Made by a program: the position numbers and the translations under genes. A stretch of DNA of 53,036 bases, filler included, from Sphacelaria rigidula (Eukaryota): assembly GCA_964200075.2 (NCBI GenBank). It is 3 parts of 3 records of this genome, joined end to end, with 100 filler letters (N's around TTAATTAATTAA, not from the genome) between each part and the next. Parts side by side here need not be neighbours in the genome. Positions count along the whole stretch, not along the records: positions 35,427 to 53,036 come from CAXNAA020001029.1; 2 more parts are not named here. One strand, given 5' to 3'. Positions 47,700 through 53,036 of this stretch are shown one piece after another. The number at the start of each line of letters is the position of its first letter. The first letter of the stretch is position 1. A model generated the notes under the pieces. That model had not been told where the DNA came from and searched no databases. It saw only the letters and a list, made by a program, of their open reading frames with translations.

Positions 47700-47965
47700 T
47701 GGAGGCGAACGGGGGAGCCGATACGCCAGTCGACCTGGCTGAAGATGAGGCGGAAAGGTGGAAGTCGGCCACTCATGCAGCGGATAAAGAATATCTGCCA
47801 AATGGCCACCCAACGTCAAGCTTGCGTTAGCTGGCGCGGGTGCACCACCGTTGGGTGGCCATTTTATTGATGTCCTCGTAGCGGCTGAATGAGTGGCCGA
47901 CTTCCGCCCTCCCGCCTCACCTTCAGCCAGGTCGACTGGTGTCTCCGCTCCCCGGTCCACCTCCA
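47700..47965. repeat. Imperfect inverted repeat (~116-bp arms, ~33-nt loop); candidate miRNA-like foldback
   Basis: 47700-47815 versus 47849-47965 at about 80% complementarity, with perfect blocks CCAGTCGACCTGGCTGAAG, GGAAGTCGGCCACTCAT and AAATGGCCACCCAACG. Confidence 0.9.
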
Positions 47966-48399
47966 CGCAGCTAGGATTACTGCGTAGTGTATGTTGCTGA
48001 GGAATGAACGTACTTGCTCAACGTATGCACATGCACCCACACACGGGCATGGGTAAACTTGTACGGCAGATAGTACAAAACACTTGTACTACAAAGAGTG
48101 CAGAAATGTCTACACAGCGCAATAGTACAGTTCTCACGACTCGTACTAGTACTGTACCACACACCGACAGGTACAGGACTTGTGAACGATTAGCGGGCGC
48201 CGAGGTGCACTGCCTGTGTACCCGACGCTGTGTACTGTGCCGGGTTCGTGCCCGGAGGCTGTGTTGACGATACTGCTGTCGCGTGTTCAACGGTACGGGG
48301 ACAGCATGGACAGTTGTATACATGCTCTTCCGCGCTGTACGGGTAGCACCGCATGGGTAGGCGCAGAGTATAAACGCAGAACAGCACGTAGAATATTTT

Positions 48400-48700
48400 C
48401 GTGAGATTTAGAGTAGAGCGTCGATCCAGGGCGGGTTGTATCATTCGCTTAAACTTGGCCAATTTTTTACTCTTTGTGCTATTCTTTGCCTGTAACACTG
48501 GCGTGTGCTTACAGCTACACGTCGATATCCCACTCGGGGATATCAAGGACTTCAGTGGCAGGCTACCACAGAAATCGTATCGGGTCTCGAGAAGGGGCAT
48601 TCTGGAACCGAATTTGTTCATTCATTTATTGACTGCTTCTCACTGTCAACCGTATTCTCTACTCTTGATCTCACAAAAACATCGCTTACGGCGCGACTTT
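48400..48700 (-). mobile_element. Internal fragment of the family M-related element (reverse of 28850-29130)
   Basis: ORF 48401-48718 LQLHVDIPLGDIKDFSGRL corresponds to the reverse complement of 28950-29030. Confidence 0.7.
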
Positions 48701-49526
48701 CACCTCTTCACCTCATGACATCGACCACATGGCATTCGGAACAGAAAGTGTTGAACCCTGAAAAGTTGGCCATGGTTTACACCTACCTGGTGGGAAAGAA
48801 AAACATGTGGTTCAAGCGTAAACAATCCATTCGTTTTTCGCATATCCCTGAGTTCACTTTGTTCCCCCAAATATCTCTAATATGAAAAACACATACGTAG
48901 GATGTAATGCAGGACCATAAGGGCCCTTCTTGTCAGAGGGGAGTTTTCCCTTTTTCAAAATCCCCTTTCGAAACGGGATTGCCCCCTCGACGACCAGTTT
49001 CGAGTCTTATCGAGAAACAGTTTTGTACAGATAGGCTTCTGCTTCTTACGCTTTTTTTTGCCAAAACAGATATGCGTCTTGTTCCAAGGGGGTCATTTTG
49101 AAGCGGAAACCCCGCCGAGGCGTTACAATTACTTGATTTGAGTGTGCAAGACTGAAAAAACCAGAACGCATAATTTATACAGATTATGCGAAAGCATTAG
49201 GAGCAAAAGCCTATGGATCGAACGCCAGATCTTCACGCGGCTTCAGAAATGCGGCGGGTCTGGAAGCGGTCGCTAGTCCAACGTCTCTGTGATGCTACAG
49301 ACGTGACGCAACAAGGGAACACAACACCTACGCACCCAGCCCTGAAAAAACACGCACAGACACCCACCACTCATGCGCGTTGGTTCCATCGCTAGCCAAC
49401 ACACGGTAGTCTTTGAAGGGAATCCGTTCTGTATTGGACGAATGGTGGCCGCGTGCGTGTCGAAAAAACCGAAAACGTGTCGTTGCTGACCGTTCGTGAG
49501 CGTGTGCTGTGCATGTTTTCGGGGCT

Positions 49527-50277
49527 AGAATATGCACCGCTCAGTTATCTCCTTTAACTGAACTGACCAAGATATACACAGCTGAGTTACCTTTTAAAAC
49601 TTACACGACCAGAGTGTGCACCGCTGAGTGATGCCGTATAACTCACCCAAATATAATGTGCACGGCTGAGTTATCTTCTACGACTTACCCGGACAGAATG
49701 TGCACCGCTGAGTCATGCCGTATAACTCACGCAAATAGAATGTGCACGGCTGAGTTATCTTTCATAACTTACCCGGACAGAATGTGCACCGCTGAGTTAT
49801 GCCGTATAACTCACCCAAATAGAATGTGCACGACTGAGTCATCTTCTACAACTCACCCGGACAGAATGTGCACCGCTGAGTTATGCCGTATAACTCACCC
49901 AAATATATTGTGCACGGATGAGTTATATTTCGCAACTTACCCGGACAGAATGTGCACCGCTGAGTTATGTCGTATAACTCACCCAAATAGAATGTGCACG
50001 GCTGAGTTATCTTTCACAACTCACCCGGCCAGAATGTGCACCGCTGAGTTATGCCGTATAACTAACCCAAATAGAATGTGCACAGCTGAGTTATCTTCTA
50101 CAACTTACCCGGCCAGAATGTGCACCGCTGAGTTATGCTGTATAACTCACCCAAATAGGATGTGCACAGCTGAGTTATCTTTCACAACTTACCCGGCCAG
50201 AATGTGCACTGCTGAGTCATCTTGTATAACTCACCAGATCGGAAATTGCACCGCTGAGTGATGTTGCTGTAACTCAT
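49527..50277 (+). repeat. Tandem array of ~18 x 42-bp units arranged as an alternating 84-bp dimer
   Basis: Unit A AGAATGTGCACCGCTGAGTTATGCCGTATAACTCACCCAAAT alternates with unit B AGAATGTGCACGGCTGAGTTATCTT..ACAACTTACCCGG(A/C)C. The 201-aa ORF MCTAEL... reflects the 14-codon period. Confidence 0.95.
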
Positions 50278-50730
50278 AGGTGAGTCATGGGGAAAAGAGT
50301 TAACTCGATTTAACCTGAGTTGAGTTGTCCGGCGTGTGCAACGCTGTGTCAGTTCAGACAAACTGGAACGTGAGATGAGTCACGTCTACGGCTCCATTCA
50401 ATGCAAAATTGTTTGCCAACTTTTGAAGTTAGGGATAAGTGCTGGGATCTTCCGCACAAGGCTCAGAAGGTCGAGAGTGCTGATTTCGGGTCATGTCGCC
50501 ATTGGTGAAACGGTCGGTGAATGAACAAAAAAAATGTAGCAGTAGGGTCGAAACAACCGCCTCCAATTGGAGCTAGATTCTCGCCTTGTTTGCTACACTG
50601 TAGGTGCCGTCTTCATGCGGGTGCACTGCTGATTGTACTCTACTGTACTGTAGTAGTCCCCGACATTTTCCGTTGTCCATCTTTTTCGCTCTATTGTTTT
50701 GTTCAGTACCTTCCGAAATACTGTAACAAA

Positions 50731-51501
50731 ATGTCGGTGCCGGAGCTACGCACAGGTGGTGATGTCGTACTCTACGGCTTGTATGAACACCGTCGTCCCT
50801 TATTTCCGTGACCCTATCTCTGGGTGCAGATGCAAACCCATACATGCCGTGATTTGTGATTTCCTGCATGAGTGCTCTGCGCTGTTCCACCCGTTTTCTG
50901 TCGCAACTGATGGGATGAGTGACGTTTTGCTCATGGATGATGACTCCCTCGATCACTGGGCAGTGTGCTTGTGGAGCTGGCGGCGAAGAACACCGTGACG
51001 ATGGTTGCCTACATCGAGGGCGAGGTCGTCTGCACCAAAACCAAGGTCAGCGACGCAAGAGTCAGATATTTGTTCGAGAGCGACAGAAGGTCGTTGTTCC
51101 TGAACAGATTTTCGTTGTTGTCCTTCTTAGCGATTGATGTAGAAATGTATCGAGTTCTGGATGAAGTCCTCCTTGTTGGCGATCTCAGCCACAAGATACA
51201 CTGCTGAGATGTATATTATATACGCTACACTACATGAGATGCAAAAGTGAATAATCCCCATGTATGCATGCTGTACCTTGGGGGTAGATCGCATCGTTGG
51301 TGTGGCAAGCAAGATATGATTCGCACTCCATATGTCGTTGCTGAGAGGGTTTATGATGAAGGTTGGGACACGTACCAAGCTGTTCGCGCCGGACACACAG
51401 CGGTGTATTCCCATCAGGTTGGTACCCAAAAGAGTGCGGCCGTGGTGGATGAGCCGCGATATTTTCCCACGCTCTCGTTTATTTTCCACGACTGGAAATG
51501 A
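50731..51501 (+). pseudogene. Intronless, frameshifted ORF relics of unknown (possibly viral or TE) origin
   Basis: MSVPELRTGGDVVLYGLYEHRRP / FRDPISGCRCKPIHAVICDFLHE...DHWAVCL / VELAAKNTVTMVAYIEGEVVC...HKIHC* join through two frameshifts. A second ORF follows at 51247-51501. Confidence 0.35.
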
Positions 51502-51841
51502 GTGTGGTTGTGCGCAAGACCTTTTCGAACGAAGTCATGTTGCAGAGGCCGGTCAATTATATATACGTGAAGGGTGGGAAAATATCCAAGGATTTTGCCC
51601 CGAAGTCTTCCGAGTAAATGTTGACATGATAGTGCTGATATTATATGACGATGGCCGACGTAGTGCACTATGTATCGCTTTGGTGGCGAGTTTAATGTTA
51701 CGTGTATGGTACCGCACTGTGTGCTACGTGTGTCCGTGCCCGTCACGCGAAAGCTGTTGGATTTTTCGTATAAGCGCGAACTGTTTTGCTTGTGCACAAT
51801 GCATTTTGCTTTGTTTGTTTGTTTGTTTTGCTTGTTCTCAG

Positions 51842-51996
51842 GAGATGCAAAAGAGGACGCCCTCGGTGATCGAGTTGGACCACTTGATTCCCGGCAAAGA
51901 AGTCCGTGTCACGGTTAACGTGGGAGAGTCTGGGCAGGAACGAGAGGCGTATTTCACCACTCCTTACGGCCAGCAGGCCGACTGGAAGATCGCAAC
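51842..51996 (+). CDS. Internal exon, probably the N-terminal FN3-like domain of a PhoD/purple-acid-phosphatase-type metallophosphoesterase
   Basis: Long polypyrimidine tract plus CAG acceptor, GTGAGA donor. EMQKRTPSVIELDHLIPGKEVRVTVNVGESGQEREAYFTTPYGQQADWKIAT fits the L..L.PG..y.v......F.T.p.....ia pattern that precedes the PhoD/PAP catalytic domain. Confidence 0.55.
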
Positions 51997-52684
51997 GTGA
52001 GAACGGTAACACTACCCTAGATTATAGTGTACGGCACAGAAAAGCATCCCACCAGAGTGGAGGGGCTACGGGAGTGCTGTTGATGCAATCCTCGGTAAGG
52101 AAAGGTTCAGAAGGCAAGTATCATGCAAGGGGTATAGGCACGGGTTGGTTCCTCGAAGTAGCTCTGGATCGTTCCCGAGGAGTTGGCGGGGGAGGGGGGA
52201 CAGGACCGGGAGTAAACTCGTGTTTTCTTCATCTGCACAGCAGTCTGCCATGTGACTATAGTATTAACAGCACAGCAATCATTACAGACCTCGACATGAA
52301 GCCTGCCGCCCATGTTTGTGGTGGTGGTGGGGGGGGGGGATGGGACGGAAGGTAAAACGGAAATGTGGGGAAATAATTCAGTGCTCAACGTATTTTCGGC
52401 ATCCCCTGTACACGAACACGTCATCTTCTCTTGCACAAACTCTACCGTGACTTGACACTCTGTATCCCTGCCTCCATGAGCTGTTTTTTAAGCGCTCTGG
52501 TTCGCTTTGCCACTCTCGCGTCTGACCGCCATCCTGTCAAGGGTGGATGAAACGTGTGACTACTCGTACATGTATGCTGTTTCATTTGCATCTGCCAGAC
52601 GATCTACGTTTCTTGGATCTCACCCAGGTAGTTTTGGTTTTTCACGACTCGGTGGTGGAACGTGAGAATAATTAGTGCACACAC

Positions 52685-52800
52685 AGTACAACTCATGAGT
52701 TAGGTCAAGTGCGTGTTATAACCCATCCAGTGGAGAAAGAGGCACCGCTGAGTTCTGCGAAAATTGGTTTTTATGAGTTGAGTTATCGGACGTGTGCACG
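52685..52800 (+). repeat. Terminal fragment related to the 42-bp-array element
   Basis: GCACCGCTGAGTT and TGAGTTGAGTTATCGGACGTGTGCA match 50316-50340 (TGAGTTGAGTTGTCCGGCGTGTGCA). Confidence 0.55.
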
Positions 52801-53036
52801 GATCGTTCCTTGCTTCCGTTTAGGTGAAAGAGAATAAGGTCTTGATAACAAGGTATAATAGCTGTTTTCGATTAGCGTGCTGTCCAGGGGAGGGTGTATA
52901 TTGACGTTGTTGTGCATTTTCAGTTTTTGATTTTTTCTTTGATGATTCGCTGGGGGGGGGGGGGGGGGGGGGGATTTTTTCTTATTCGAAAAAAATACCC
53001 TTATTTTTTTTATATTTTTTTCTTGTTGAAAAGAAA

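Noticed and set aside
49656-50261. 201-aa repeat protein as a real CDS
   Set aside because: The open frame is expected from a stop-free 42-bp unit. No splice sites or unique domain; not supported without expression data.
49527-50277. CRISPR array
   Set aside because: The segments between conserved motifs alternate between two recurring types rather than being unique spacers. No cas genes, and the context is eukaryotic.

Overview
Eukaryotic, repeat-dense, intron-rich DNA. GT-AG exons, TTAGGG motifs, and SINE/LINE and tyrosine-recombinase retroelement relics most resemble a brown alga (Phaeophyceae); this taxonomic call is an inference. The window is not one locus. Three scaffolds of 17615, 17611 and 17610 bp are joined by 100-bp N44-TTAATTAATTAA-N44 linkers, apparently sorted by size. 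Scaffold 1 carries a LINE relic, three TTAGGG-bearing MITEs, a tRNA-headed SINE and the 3' exons of a minus-strand coiled-coil gene, whose 5.3-kb intron holds decayed coding-like sequence. Scaffold 2 carries a large disordered-protein exon, a MAPEG/MGST3-like first exon with a decayed second exon, many MITEs (TTAA, TA and 8-bp TSD types) and a decayed DIRS/Ngaro-like element. Scaffold 3 carries a 200-bp near-perfect inverted duplication of a pseudogene exon, a second long hairpin, a 42/84-bp higher-order palindromic tandem array, intronless frameshifted ORF relics and a probable PhoD-like exon. I found no prokaryotic operon, CRISPR array, rRNA or intact transposase/RT, and most track ORFs appear to be noise. 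The most interesting items are the long foldback hairpins (candidate miRNA/hpRNA loci), the telomere-repeat MITEs and the dimeric palindromic satellite.
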